Shown: piece by piece, positions 25,829 to 42,000 of the stretch
Position numbering within the stretch: position 1 is the first letter of the stretch
Layout: every line of letters starts with the position of its first letter
DNA from: Octopus bimaculoides
Lineage: Eukaryota
Length of the DNA stretch: 64,000 nt
NCBI RefSeq assembly: GCF_001194135.2
Contig: NC_068990.1
Coordinates: 3,507,176 to 3,571,175 of the forward strand
Direction of reading: 5' to 3'
Made by a program: the position numbers and the translations under genes
The notes under the pieces: model-generated
The model's database searches: none
What the model was told of the DNA's origin: nothing
Seen by the model: the letters and a program-made list of their open reading frames with translations, nothing else

Positions 25829-28800
25829 CATCATCATCATCATTGCTGTTGTTGTTGTTATTTATCTACTACTACAACAGCAGACGAAGGTCTGTGTCAC
25901 TAAGGTTTCACAGTATTGCCGTTTTGGTGTAAACAATTGTGCTTCATTTATAGTTTACTCTGTTAAACAAAAATGATGTTTAGTAATTTATAGCACCCAT
26001 GTACGTGTCGTTTACAAATCTAAGTATCGCAAATATTCATTCTACCGTAACACATTTACCAAACCAGTTTATCTTAGATATTTGAAAGTCTAACACAGGC
26101 ATATATGAAAAGAACGAATAAATTGTTAGATATTTACATTATTCGTGTATATGTGTGTGCGTGAGTACGGGTGTCTATTTTCTATATGGAAAGCAAAGTT
26201 ATAATATTTTAAGGCAATTTATCTTTTTGCCATTACCAGGTTACAGACAGATAAGTATTTGCACACATACAAGTGCGGGCTCGCACACGCACACACAAAC
26301 ACACACACAAACTCATACACAAAAAAAACACACAGAGACACATAGACACACACACAGAAATATGTATGTGCGCATACACACACCTCACACGCGCGCGCGC
26401 ACACACATAGAAATATATATGTGCACATACACACACATTACACACGCACGCACACACACATACACACAATCGACATTGTTATTCGTTTAGATTCAATTTC
26501 AAGAAGAATATTAAATATCAAAACTAATGAAATTTAAGTCCCTAAAATAAATAAATATCTGTTTTAATAGCGCTTAAAGTTAATACATCTAACTTTAAAG
26601 TTATTGTAGTCATATCATTTGTAATCATTACCAATGATTTAATCACAACCAGAAGACAATATTTTTGAGGAAATTCTATTAAAAGGTTGCACTTTTCATG
26701 AATACACTCTTTTTTAATTTTGGAAGCTTTTCATCAATGATACCAACAACGTTATCATTGATCCAACAAGACGACAGTCTCTAAGTTGTCATCGACATCC
26801 TAGAAATAGTAACAGAATCGTCTTCTTGATTTTTTATTGGCTCGTGTAAAGATACATGTGGAAAACCGGATCTTTGACGCAAAAACCAAGACAACTGAGG
26901 TTGTAATAAATAGAATTAATGCTGAATGTAAATATATGATTGAAAAGTTTACCAGAATAAAGGCTTTTCACATGTTGATACTAGCGAAAGAAGGCTTCCT
27001 CTATATTTGAAGAAAATAAAGATAAATTATCCAAAACAATGAGTGACTGTCTTCTTGCTTGAATGTGATCAAAATTATTTATCAATTTATCTTCATAACC
27101 TTTGCCTGTATTTCAAGCCTTTTCATCCTCCTACTGAGTGATTTAGATCAAAGTTTTTATGTATTAATTCGTACTTCCTTTGTACAGTATTCTATTTCCT
27201 TTACTTGACATGTTCAGCGGAATTAAAAACTAGTGTATCGTCTTCTGAATTCTTGTACTATATATTGATCTAAATTTTGGTTTCCAATATTTGGCATACA
27301 AAATATCACGAGGCTCAAGTAAAAATCAAGTTTGAAAATATACTATGTGTTTCAAAATATAGGCAAAAAGAAGTACACATACATTTTGGAGAGAGCACAA
27401 GTAAAAGCAGTGCATGATTGATACTTATTTTATCACCTCTGGTACTTGGCTGGCATGTCTCTTATCGATTCATAGGGTATTTTTCATATACATTAGTCTT
27501 CGTGTTTTCTACAATCATTATTAACAAAGCTACAAAACTTGACTAAAGGGGAAAGTTTATTATTTCCAACATGAAAAGAAATGATATATGAATATTTGAT
27601 GAAAAGCTTGTTTCGAAATTTGAAATTCTGGGCTTGTCACAAACATTTTTGTTTCTGGTAGAGTTTAAACCTTTATGGTACAAATGTGAAATCAATGAGG
27701 AATAGTGACATTTTTTGTGTGATTTAATTTGGCTTTCTTGTTGTAAAGTTGACTGGTACGTCTTTTATCAGCAGACAAAGTCGAATGGAGTGGGGAAAGT
27801 CTACACCGCTCTATCTAAAGTCAGATATAAAGGAACAAACTAATACAATCTACTATTTTAGCAGCCACTCTACCTACTCCGGCATCCGCTGCACTTTTGC
27901 TCTCTTTTTTTATTCGTTCATGTTAATTATATATTTTTGGGCTCATCTTAGGGATGTATATTAAAGTGTAAGAGATCTAGCTAGGACACGTTAATAATGA
28001 GTGAGCTGGTGGAAGTCAGCTAACATTGTACGTAACTGAATAAATAACACAACATGGGACTAAGAATCTTTGTATCAAACAAAGTAAAATATGGCGATTA
28101 GTAGACAACCTATGAAAATATCATTTTCAGATGAATTTGCTAAAACGAAGAGACAACCCAAACCAAAGTTCAGTAGCTATTCTTCATATACGGTTTCCGG
28201 AAAACATTGTTTCTTCCAGAGAATTGCAAGCTATATTCTTTAAATCTTGTCAATCGCAAAGGTTTATGAAAGAGTTAATAAGCAAATAAACCGTGTGAGG
28301 CTGAGTATGTATACCATCATATAAACAAATGGTTAACAATTTAACTTAAGTTATATGTTGTTTCTGAGGAGAGTCATTCGCTTTGTGTGCCTTATTATTT
28401 TACACACACACCGGTTCAGTTTCCAATCATTTACTTCTTTATTGTTTCTAAAATTGTCGTTGCATCTTGCAACCTCTTCAATAGTCGTTGATTCTGTCCG
28501 TTTAAATCCCAATACGAAATTAAATCATATGCTTTGCTGATAAATAAAACAATGTCAAAGAAACGCCTTGTTTGTATTTTTACTTTGTTTTCCATCGAGT
28601 TATTTCATCAGCTATTCTAAAGTTTTGGATCGTTCTTTTTATATATATATATATGATATATACATGTGAAAACCTAGGGATAACCAGATCAGTAGAGTGC
28701 TGCACAGGACACAACGGAGAATATGGTTGTGGCCTGTTATGTTGTCTGTTCAAATTTTGCATGTGCTAATTTGGAATTTCAGCATTCCAGGTTTCGATGA

Positions 28801-31540
28801 AATAAATATATGCAAATTGTAAGGAACTCTATATTTCTTCCTATATCCCATCTAAATGGAAAAGATAAGTATGGAACACTCTGCTCATGGGCGCATTCAA
28901 TATCGACGTATTAACGATCGACCTAGAACCAGTTGCTAACGAAGATGCAAAACAGAACAATGGTGATGAATTAACAGTTCGTAGTGATACGGAGAATCAT
29001 TCTATCATGTAAAATTAATTAGTAATATGGCTGAATAGCAGATGAAAAATATATTGTTTCGATAGATTAATTAGCTAAAAGTGGGAGACATTGAAAAACA
29101 ATGTCTATTTATGTAGAACTTAACTCCGTGTTTATCTAAGAATTTATCAACGATCTTGTAAGAGTTAATTAGCTACGTTAGACTGTGTATATACAGTCTC
29201 GTGAGAACAAAAAAGTATCAGTTAACTTAAAACATAAGCTTTGCTAACATAACTCTAACAAAGGAACGCCTTCATACTTTACGCTCGAAACAAAAACATA
29301 ATACCCAAAACGCTGAACGAATGACTTACGAATGGGATCAAACGTGCTTATCGTTTTATCTTCAAAGCCAATGTTTTTTTTGCCGAAATCTTTTCACCTT
29401 CTACGAAGGGTTTTCGATAAATTTTCCTGGTGTGATGCTCCGAACTTCCTTTGTACCATATTCTGTTTCCATTTCTAGACATCTTCACACGGAAATGAAA
29501 ACTAACGTGTTATATTCTGATAATTCTTGTGTTATAAGTTTTGTTTTATCTATATTTTGGTTTACATATTGATTTGAGACAAAAACTACATGCAAACAAC
29601 ATGTAAAAACGTCCTATGGAAAATGTGACAAGGGTTTCAAACTATGGATAAAAAGGGCATAGCATTTTGATAAAGATGCAGTTGATTAGAACTATCAACA
29701 GTAGGAAAGAGTGATATCTATTTTATCGATTCAAGTACTTGGCTGGTAGTTATTTTATCGGTTACCAGAACTATGAAATACACAGTGCAATATTAGTATA
29801 AGGCTATTGTAGTTTAATATTGTAATAAGTTTAATAGTATACAAAAACATTTTAACAACTTTGAAATGTTGGATTTGTCATAGATATTTTTGATTCCTGA
29901 GGAGTATTAACATTTTTAGGTAGATATATGATATCAATATAGAATAAAATCATTGATTTATGGACGACTTCAGTTTCACTAAAATTATCTGGTAGTTATT
30001 TGTCGAAACCAACACGGTGCTATTTGATCTCAAAATATAATGGAACACAATACGCACCCTGAGGTTCTATTAGGTACTCTGTCGATTCTGCTAAGAATTA
30101 TTATTTTTCTACCTGTAATATTTATTGTGAGATGTGTGGCGCGCGAGGTGTATTTAATTACTCCCTTTACGTTTTAAACTTTAATTCTGGCACTGGTAAA
30201 CCTTAAAACTCGTCCTTCTAATCTTGTACTTAATAAAATAACTATTAGGACTACTAGTAAAGAATTGGAAACGTTATGATCGACGATACAATCCTTCCCC
30301 TAATATTACACATGTATCGAGGAGGAACAGGTCAATGATAAACGCTACAAAAGCAAGCAATATTTCCATGAAAGTAATTCAATAGTGCAGAGTGGTACGT
30401 GATACTGACAATCACACCAATTGGATTAGATGGTTCAAAAGCAAATGAAAAGTATGTTTAGATAAATTAACTTAATTAAAGGGAGTGACACTGAAAATCA
30501 GATCTTGTCATACGAAAATAAAATATCTACAGATTATTGCTATTTTCCGTAAAACATGTTTCTGTTGACTTATACACACGCATTTTGTAAAAAAAAGATT
30601 ATTAGCCTTCATATAAGAATCCATAAGGTACGTATCCCTATTTCTATATACAGCTTGTTACAGTACAGAAAAATAAGCTGGGGATATCAAAATCATGATA
30701 ACAAATGGTTCGCAAAGCAACGGTGAACGTTAAGTATGCTTAATCTAGGGTAAGTGAATAGTTTAGGATAGGGAGATGTTATGGTATGTAATTGGATAAA
30801 TACTTCGCGAAGATACGAGGAATTTAATTCTATGCGAAATGCATGAAAAATGTTCTTGATGGGAATTGAAAATATCAAAATTAGAACAACAAACATCTAA
30901 TTGACATAAGTTACCGGAAGAGGAGAAATAAAGAAAATTGAAAGAGAGATAAAATTTCAGAAAGAGACTGACGAAAATGGAAATCAAGGAGAAAGAAAGA
31001 CAGAATGAACGAATGGGTGAGAGAAGAAGGAAGGATCTGAGGAAAGAAAGAAGGAAGGAAGGAAGGAAGGAAGGAAGGAAGGAAGGGATGGACGCAGTGT
31101 TGCAAATAAAGTGGAATAATATGAGAGAAATTTAGTTCAGTAAAAATTAATGGAACGTTAATTGTTATTCAAACTAAAACTGAAATTCTCTTTCTTTGCT
31201 GACTACTACTAACGTACTGTGTCTTACATTGTAATAATTCTATGTGATTAAATATTCTTCTTCTTGGCAGAGTACTTTAGAAACGTAGAACTGTAAAGAC
31301 TGACGCTAAGAAAACAAATTTTCCTGGAGATATGTAGCCAAAAAGTCTGTTAGTTTTATAGATAATATTAATTCGGTGCCGACTAAAGATGAAGGGAAAT
31401 AATTGGTTTCGAATGATGCTATCAACGTTGCAGTCCACTTATATTTTGTAGTGAAAGTTAATATGTACATGCATAGGCGCACATGCCACCATACCACCCA
31501 TACGGTTATGCGCACATGCATAATCCATATACAGACAGAT

Positions 31541-31595
<55 letters not shown>

Positions 31596-31604
31596 TTTAT
31601 ATTC

Positions 31605-31652
<48 letters not shown>

Positions 31653-32668
31653 GTGTCTTCATATAGTTCATGTAATTAGTATAATATATAATTTGCTTTT
31701 GTGTATATAAATGTATATACATATATAAATATATTTATACGTATATATGAGTGTGTATATATTTATACATATGTGTGATACATATATACGATATATATGA
31801 TGCAATGTAAACTTTTTTTGTATGTGTGTGTGTGTATTTACATATGTACATATGTATGTATGTATGTATGTATATATATATATATACATATATATACACA
31901 TACAGAGAAACGGGAAGGAGAGGGAGAAAAGTAATTAGGGTGTACAACTTTCTCATTAATATTGATTCTTAACCAGTGCACATGCTGTGAGCCACTGAAC
32001 CTTCCTGTGTGTGTGCGTGTGCGTGTGCGTGTGTGTGCGTGTGTAGGTATGCATTTGCGTGTGGGTGGAAGTGTTGTATGCCTCAGTGTGATTATCTCTG
32101 CCTGTGTATGAGAGTAAGTGAGAGAGAATTTCAGTTATGTAAAATTAAAAAAGAATATCATGATTTTCGATAACAATCAATATCTAATTAAGAGGCATCG
32201 TAAAGTCAGTGCAGCCAAAGAAATATTGTTCTCATTTACGTATCTTTAGATTTAGCTATCAGAAGATACGGCTGTCTTCCTCTTCTTCCCGAGAACTCTA
32301 TGCACTATCTGTTCGATGACTGAACACTTGTGCAATGTGTGTATGTGACTCTGTACATATATGTATGAGTGTACGTGTGTGTGTGTGTGCTTGCATGTTT
32401 GTGTGTGTGTGTGTGTTTGTTGCTGTTGTGTGTGTGTGTGTGTGTCTGTTACATTTTTTGATCATTGACTGAGTTAGCCATTAATCAAAACAGTACTCGT
32501 TACATTTAACATACAGATGTAATCTTACAATTCTAGCCTATCACCTTACAATTGTAAAATCTTTTCAATAGGCACCTTGGGCCATATTCTTCTACTATAG
32601 CCTCGGGCAAACCAAAGCCTTGTAAGTGAATTTGATAGACGGAAACTAAGAGAAACCCATCGTGTATA

Positions 32669-33870
32669 CAGGGTGCGTAAGATATTTGAGTACAGATTTA
32701 TGTTTATAAAAACACAGCTATATAATAACAGATAATAACTTTATTTATCATAAAATGCTATGAGGATAAAAATAAGCCTTCTATTCTATAATGTTATTCA
32801 ATAAAGCCACCTTCAGCTTCAACAACTGATTTTAAATGAGATCTAAATCATGTACATGCTCGAATCAAGAGGTCCTGGTTCATTTTGGACTGATCTTTGG
32901 TGTTATGAGCGTGTTCATTGACCTCTCTCTCAACAACGCTCCACATGTAATAGTTGAATGGATTGAGATCTGGGTAATTAGGAGGCCAAATGTTAGGGGT
33001 TATGTGATCATGAAAATTTTCAACCTTTCATTCCTGTGTCACTAGAGCCTACTGAAACATATATGGTCTTCCATTGCATACACTGTCTATCCAGGGCTTA
33101 ACTATTTTCAGGTCATCAATGTAGGCTGCAGAGTTAACTTTAAGGCCTTGTGGAAAGAAGTAAGGAGGCATCACATGTCTTTTATTGCTGACAACCCCTA
33201 AAACCATGACAGTTTTAGGAAATTTTGTATGCATAACACTTGCAACTTCAGAAGGGTCTGCACATAGCATTCTGTCATTTCTTCCATTAACTTTCTCATC
33301 TTTTTGGTCGAAGTTTTTTCTCGTTTGAGAAAAATCAAATCAAATCTTCTTCTGCTGGATTTTTCACTTTGTTTAAGAGCCTTTTAGATCTGATTTCTTT
33401 TGCTTTTTCTGGCAAATTGACATTTCCTCATCGTTTAAGACTTATATCTGGTGTCTTCTTGGACGACACTTCTCACTGTTCCTTCTGACACATGGAGATC
33501 TTTTGCATTTGACCTCATGGACTTTCTGGGATTGCAATCAATGGTCTGTTGAACTTTCTGGATTAATTCAGATGTTCTGACGATTTCAGAGCGTTTAGAA
33601 TGCTTTTTATTCTTTGATTCTGGTGATACGTTTCCGTCTCCAGTCTCTAGCTCCTTACAAACTTTACAAACGAAAGATCCAGCAACTTGTAAACTCGAGA
33701 TATTTCTAAATCACTATGCTCAGCCTTTATAACCAAAATAACAGCATGCCGCTTCATTTCTTGAATACGCTGAGGGTCTACCATTATTATTTTCTGAAGC
33801 AAAGATTATTAAGTATTAGCAAAAATTGCAACAGTGACCCAAAAGTGTCCTCAAATACCTACGCACCCTG
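32669..33870 (-). mobile_element. Full-length Tc1/mariner DNA transposon, about 1.2 kb, maT/DD37D-like
   Basis: TIRs CAGGGTGCGTAAGATATTTGAG (32669) and CTCAAATACCTACGCACCCTG (ends 33870); TA on the left, TG on the right; transposase between them. Confidence 0.93.
32794..33784 (-). pseudogene. Disrupted mariner-type transposase
   Basis: MVDPQRIQEMKRHAVIL..NPRKSMRS..KDLHVSEGTVR..EKNFDQ..VMHTKFPKTVMVLGVVSN..MPPYFFPQGLKVN..RPYMFQ..WPPNYPDLNPFNYYMW..EAEGGFIE*; stops and frameshifts present. Confidence 0.9.
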
Positions 33871-35397
33871 TGTGCGTGTGTGTGTGTGTTTGTGTGCCTG
33901 TGTTTGTCCCCACCCCCATCACTTGACAACCGATACTGGTGTCTTTACGTTCCCATAACTTAGTGGTTAGGCGATGCGACCGATAGAATAAGTACTAGTC
34001 TTACAAAGAATAAGTCCTGGGGATCGATTTTTTCGACTAAAGGCGGTGTTCCAGCATGGATGTAGTCAAACGACTGAAACATATAACAGAAATAAAAGAA
34101 ATACGTTTCTGCATTTCTTAAAAACCAGACGCAGTCGGTCTTTGGGGAAATATAAGAATGTATTAAAACAACTGTTTAGTTGGTTGCCATTACTTGTTTT
34201 ATATAGTATATAACATTATAAATTTCGCTTTCACTAGAACGACAATGGTTTTTTAAAATTAAACCTTGGGAGAGGCATTATGCCGGTAATAAACACACGC
34301 ACTGGTTCAGTCCTTTATTAATTTATATAGTTTTTTGTTAAATTATTTCATTGCACTCTTGCAATCTCTTCAGTAACTTGTCTTTAGTATTGAATGTCTA
34401 TCATCAGTTTCATATACTTTTACATAAACTTTTAAAAGCTATATATGTATGTGTTATGTTACATGTGTATGCGTTTGTGTGAGTGTGACCGTATGTGTGT
34501 TCGTGAATGTGTGTGCGTACACATCAAGTATGTGTGCTACGAAGCAGATATGACGCAGTAGATTCAGCTACATTGTCGAGAGGTCCAGGTTGAATCCAGT
34601 AAACTCGCCAGGAGATTCAATTGACAGCTTGTGTATAAATAAAAGCATGAGGTTAGAGGGAACTCTGACTTGAATCCTGCGACGTTTTTAGTATCCGGAT
34701 ATGTTTGGTTCAGCATGCTGCTAATTTGCATCCCGCAAACATTAAGAATGTTGCATTCCTTTTGCGCAAAAATTCGCTACCATGAAATTTAATAAGTACT
34801 GTTTGCGCACAATCTGGTTTTCCTTTAAAGCACAAGTATGGTCTGTATTTTTTCTCTAACTTATGTAGATAGTTGTACTCTCCTTGCGCTGACTGCATTA
34901 TTGCGGGGAGCCGTGACTATGAAATACTGGTAGTTTCTTCACACGCAAAGTCCTCGTTAAGGTGCGGTGTGGCCGACAAGAGCTAGCGCCGTTCTCTGTT
35001 CAGCAGTCCATTTGAAAACTCAGTTCAAGTTCAGGTACCCAGGACGCCGAGAATTGTCACTGTAACTTAATAGAATAGAAACTGGAACACGGATATCACC
35101 ATACTTGTTAGCATGTGGGTTATTAATACACACAAAAGACCAATTGTAAAATTAAAAGTAAAAACAATTTCGATGATGTACAAATCTCTGTAATCTTTAC
35201 AATTGTTTCAAATCTACACACCGAATAATTTTTATAATCCAGAGAAGCGAACCCCGAGTTACCTGTCAGAACAATTACAGCGAGATTGTTAATACTTAGC
35301 GATCATTGACTCGTTGTACTACTTGATTATTATACATGAGAGCTACCACGGTACCTGCTTGGATAATTTTATCCCCATACACCTACATTCTATATAC

Positions 35398-35490
<93 letters not shown>

Positions 35491-35609
35491 TGTGTATGTG
35501 TGTGTGTGTGTGTGTGTATGTATATATAGTTTACATAAAAGAAAATATCCCATCCAAAAATTAAAGTACTTTAAAATAAAAAACATAGGTTATAGTTTTA
35601 AGATTACAG

Positions 35610-36090
35610 ATTACTCAAACTTGCCGCTCTCAGATTCCTGCACGTCCTGAAGGGCTCCTAAAACTGACACATACATTCCCCTACTGTGCTGCTGGGAAGA
35701 CTTTCGAACACCTCTTTGATCTTGGCCACACGTTTGACCTTGATGCTGGAGGCAGTGTGGATAGTGTCGTTATCAACCCTGCCTCATATATAATAATCCA
35801 ATGGATAACAATCGGGGCAATTAGGAGGCCTGACATAGGTGCTGAGGTCGTAGAAATTCTCCAACATACATCTCTGATACATTCAGGTGTTATGGCGAGG
35901 ATCCAAATCCTGCTGCCACACGTATGGTCTTCCACCATAAACCATATTTTGACCAAAGTCTCCAGCTGCGTCACATAAACAACTGAAGTCCTTGTTCATA
36001 GATGTGGGACGGCTTGACGTCACCCTCACTGGAGACACACACACGTAGATTATCACAGTTTGGGGTAACTTGGTTTTCCTGATACGTCGG
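35610..36090 (-). mobile_element. Second, distinct mariner (maT-like) transposase fragment, C-terminal part
   Basis: GRPYVWQQDLDPRHNT*..LENFYD..RPPNCPDCYPLDYYI; 36 codons between the two D residues in this decayed copy; no TIR found. Confidence 0.8.
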
Positions 36091-36095
36091 AATAT

Positions 36096-37150
<1,055 letters not shown>

Positions 37151-37797
37151 GTAAATAAATTTTGAAATAAATCGTGTTTTATATCAAAATTTGCGCCACA
37201 TCACATAACGCAAACTTCCATATTCATGCTTTACCCCTCGTAGGAACAGAAGCACCAGTAGCTAATATATGGAGCGTAGATTACTGCTTAACTAATGGGG
37301 TCGATGCAGATGATGCTGAGGTACAATTTTTGCAGTCAAAATAAACAATAAATATATGAAGGAGTCATCATCGAAATAATAGTATTCTTATAGAGTGTTG
37401 AAATTCGGTGAGTCTAATATAAATAAATCTTTTTCAGTCTAAAAGCGCGATAAATCATTAGATCTCTCAGGTCGAAAGCAACATCGCTTTTCTTGATAAA
37501 AAAAAGAAGCAACTAGATAGATGTATTTGTATTGAAAAGATATATTTATTTCCATAGACGTATGAAAGTATATCTATATGGATATATATATATATNNNNN
37601 NNNNNNNNNNNNNNNNNNNNNNNNNNNNNNNNNNNNNNNNNNNNNNNNNNNNNNNNNNNNNNNNNNNNNNNNNNNNNNNNNNNNNNNNNNNNNNNNNNNN
37701 NNNNNNNNNNNNNNNNNNNNNNNNNNNNNNNNNNNNNNNNNNNNNNNNNNNNNNNNNNNNNNNNNNNNNNNNNNNNNNNNNNNNNNNNNNNNNNNNN

Positions 37798-37839
<42 letters not shown>

Positions 37840-37955
37840 TGTGTGTGTGTGTGTGTTGTGCATATTATATATATACACATACATATGCAGGTATGTACGT
37901 ACGTAGCCCAGAAAATGACAACTTTGTTATTTTTTTGTTTTCCTTTCTATTTCAG

Positions 37956-38089
37956 ACATTTTCATAATTCAAATTTGGAGATTAACATCATTGCTTGTGG
38001 CACACAGAGGAAATATGCAAAAGTAATATTTACACATAAAACTACAAACGGAAGTAGCAAAAAGTTATTCGGGGAAATCAGTCAAAACG
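37956..38089 (+). other. Candidate 134-nt exon (HFHNSNLEINIIACGTQRKYAKVIFTHKTTNGSSKKLFGEISQN, or non-coding)
   Basis: Strong acceptor ttttttgttttcctttctatttcag and donor CG/gtaagt; one open frame; peptide not recognised. Confidence 0.35.
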
Positions 38090-39022
38090 GTAAGTGTTAC
38101 AATATATTTTTCTCTTGCTAATATTCAAATCGGGATTTTAGATATTTTTCTGTTGGTTGTTCATCGATAAAAGTTGCATTTTATCAAATCACTCTTACAT
38201 TTACTTTCCCGTTCGCCCTATTTCTCTTTGCGTATTATTCGACCAGTCTCACTCACTCTTCCTATTTTTCTATAACCACCACCACAACCACCATCGCTTT
38301 CTCTCTCTAGCCACATATATTCGTGCGTGTGTATCTATATATGTAGGGGTGGTATGTATATATTATCATAAAGAAAGTTAACTTTCTTAAATAGATATGA
38401 CGTATTGCTAAACCACTTGCACATCTCCGCACAGAAACGGACAAGTACACACATGCAGACGGACGAATATAAATGAGTGTGTGTGTGTATATATATATAT
38501 ATATGTATGTATGCACGTATGTATGTATGTATGTGTTTATGTATGAGTGGGTATGTATACATATAAACATATATATGTGTGTATATGTGCGTGTGCATAT
38601 ATGCGTTTACACTCAGTATTCCTAAGGCATCGTGTAAGAGATTTATCGAGCAGTAAATGGTCGCTTAAAGAAAATACATTCACTGTGGCCAACACGTCGT
38701 TAAATGAGAACGCATTTTTCGTGGTTAGACGATTTGGTGTCTACTTTCAGCATGTAAGGAAACCACTTTGTAGCGTTCCTCTTATATTTGAATATATATA
38801 TATATATATATCATTACGAGTTCATAAAGTTGTGTGTACTTTTATTAAACCTGCGCTGACTGAATCGAGAATTCAGTCAAATTAGAAATTTAATTTATTA
38901 CTAATGGTAACTGTTTACCTTCAAGTTCCATCGTTACAAGCTTATCAAAACTGTTTTGAGAAACCAATATCGGCAAACTGCCATGTAAACAACCAGTTTA
39001 AACGCGCGCACGTGTATTTGAA

Positions 39023-39073
<51 letters not shown>

Positions 39074-42000
39074 ACGTGTGTGTTTATGCGTGTGTGGTGT
39101 TTAAATAATGTAATATGTTTATATTGATTCTGATTTAAGTCAAAGATCAATGTGTTTAGGAATGAACTGGGGGAGTTGTATGTAATGTGTAGGTGAATCA
39201 CAAACGTTTTTCATTTTTCAATTTTGTGCGATGTTTTCACATTACCTAATGGAATATTCATTGCACTGATGATAATTGATTTACCGATTTTTCGGGGAGT
39301 CACAACAGCATTTCTTGGTAATATGAACATATATTTGAATATTGATATTGATAAATAGTAGGTTTAGAAATTTCTTATAATTTAATAGTTATTTTCAATA
39401 AAGACAAACACCAATATGGACGACAGTCATTTCAATAAATAGCAAATTCAATAATGTAGAACTGAATAATTCCATTTATTCTAAATTCATAGGACGTCTG
39501 CTTTTTAAATTTAAACACATTGAAGCTTACGGCATATTAACAGTTTTAGAGGCGTTGTTTGCTAGCACAACTGAAGTGGGATTTACTGGTAATTTTTTCA
39601 CCGCTTTCTGACATATATACATGCATTAACGTTACGTTCCATTTTCTGTTTTACCACTCCTTTTCTTTTTCATTTTCTTTTCTATTTCTTTTTATAAAAT
39701 AAAGCTTCAGAAAACTTAACACACTTCGAAATTAGCGTTAAAAATCCGAAGACTACATCTCCAGAAATTATATAAAGTATGATTGATGTTGTCTGCAATA
39801 GAAGGTACCTTTTATGCAATGAAATTTTCGTTGAAAGAGAATCGATTGAAATATCTAAAAATGGGTGTCGACATCGGTCAGTGTTATTGCCTTTCGTCAA
39901 CGATGTGCGCCGACATAAAACTTTATAATACAGCATCATGTTCACCTGAAACAGGAGTCACATGTATTTTGTGTTTAAGTACCTATGAGTTTTCCTAATC
40001 AATACATCCATACTCTCTCCATCTCTGTCAAAGATAGCATTAGTAGGGCGACATTATCCAATGTCTTTTTTCTTTAAATCTTTGATTTCTCATTTAAGAA
40101 ATATTTAGCTGGTATTTTTTAAAGGTCGAGTGACTACAAAGTGCGTTTTTTTGTAGGAAATGAATAATACAATTCGTGTTCTGAAATCATTTTGTGTCTT
40201 CCCGGAAGAAAACATTATACTGAATATATCAACAAGGAGTATTTGCGAATTGAAAAACTTAATTTACGTTGCTAACTATATGGCTATAAATATTGTTTCG
40301 ACCTGTTGGCAACATATTTTGCTTTCGTTGTTTTTGNNNNNNNNNNNNNNNNNNNNNNNNNNNNNNNNNNNNNNNNNNNNNNNNNNNNNNNNNNNNNNNN
40401 NGGGCTTGTTAAATTACATGTTTTTGATTAGCGAAAGATATAAGGATGAGAAAAATGGAATTTTATAAGTAATGAATTTCTAGGAATATCAACTTAGTGA
40501 AATCAGAAATATGCAAGAGTAAAGAATGGGTTTAAACAGAAATTTAATTGCCTAAATTTAATCTTTGTACGTTTTCTTTAAAGCAAAAACAGGTTTGCAT
40601 TGAAAATATATAACTGTTCCTATATTTCGTATAAAATAAGTTGTACAACACTGCGTTGGCATATCTTTCATGATTAACAAGCGTGTCAATGGAGTAACAG
40701 AATCGACACTCACATTTGAATTCTGAGCTTCCCTACTTTATTAGAGAGAAACTTCTCAAAATGATCGGTAACTCGATCGTTGCTACGGGTCACATTCTTG
40801 TAGCGCGTCATTCAGAAGTATTTTAACTGTGTTAATAATGTCGAGGCAAATAACTTTGTCTCCAAAATTCCGTTTTAACGTAGACTTTCTATTCAGTTTT
40901 GTCAAAATTTAACATGAGCGAAAAAGTTTTTGGAATTGAATAATAATTCCAGTTGCGTCCTGGCTGGTAAAATCGTTAGAAACATTTTGGAAAATAGATA
41001 TTCATTATTTTGTGGGTAGACAGTGATTGAATGTATGAAAAAGTGATACATTTTTGTCTTGAAAAGAAAATATAAATAATGTAAGGGAATATTCCGTCAG
41101 AATTTTTTCGACTATCATTTAGTTCTTGATTTAACTATGTGCATGAATTATCAAAGTTTACAATTGATTTGCTCTGCTTTAATTCTACTTTATAGCAGAA
41201 CATTCCCTTTGTTTCTAGATAACAAAACTCGTAAGACCATGCATAAATGAATACAATATTCATCTTTCCAAACTTCCATATCGTCTTTGATTTTGCTTAG
41301 GACATCAATTCTCATACATTTTTATAATGTAAGCAATTACATTTTCCTTTTAATGTGACATTATTCCCGAGATATTGTTATCATCTATATCAATTGTAAT
41401 AATAGTTTGACTCCAAATTAGATTCATATTTATTTGTCTTATTGACACTCTTAGCTTTCAGTTTCTAAGCCTCAAGTCCCTATCGTAAAAATAACAGCGT
41501 CCGATATGTTCCTCGTAAAATTAATCCGCTGTTGTTTACCTCCAATCATTTTGCCGAAAGACACAGTTGTATCGCGTAGGTAAACCATTGAACAACGCAT
41601 TAATTATAAAACTGACTTCCTAATCATAACTGCTATTGGCATAGACAATAATTGGAAGATTAATATAATAGCTATCAAACCATGTATACTAATTCCTAAA
41701 ATTCGAATTTTCAAAGCTATGAATCTATACATGAACGGAATAGCTGCAGTATCTATTACAAGAAAGAAAGCACTTCCAAACTTTATATGCATGTATAACT
41801 CCCAATACTACAGTATATATTTCAACATTATCATAAACATTTGTTCTCCCTTCAGGATTTGACTATCTTTCAATTCAATATTTGAATAATGTTATTTGAA
41901 ATATATTGTCTATATATGCGAATGGTAATTAGTTTTATTCTCTTTCACCAAGAATTATCAACCTTAAGAAAAGTAAAATTATCATATTACGACTAACGTA

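Larger units (their letters stand above)
32572..34100 (+). mobile_element. SINE family B split by a mariner insertion (5' part 32572-32668, 3' part 33871-34100)
   Basis: 5' part ends GATAGACGGAAACTAAGAGAAACCCATCGTGTATA; 3' part TGTGTG..TGTTTGTCCCC..CTTGACAACCGATACTGGTG..GGCGGTGTTCCAGCATGG..GACTGAAAC; together colinear with 42813-43284. Confidence 0.9.

Noticed and set aside
29329-29470. Strong minus-strand gtaagt donor near 29328
   Set aside because: All frames upstream hit stops, or lack a credible acceptor
39805-39945. Minus-strand segment after a strong ctcctgtttcag acceptor
   Set aside because: Weak donor, unrecognised peptide, and no consistent phase link to neighbouring candidates
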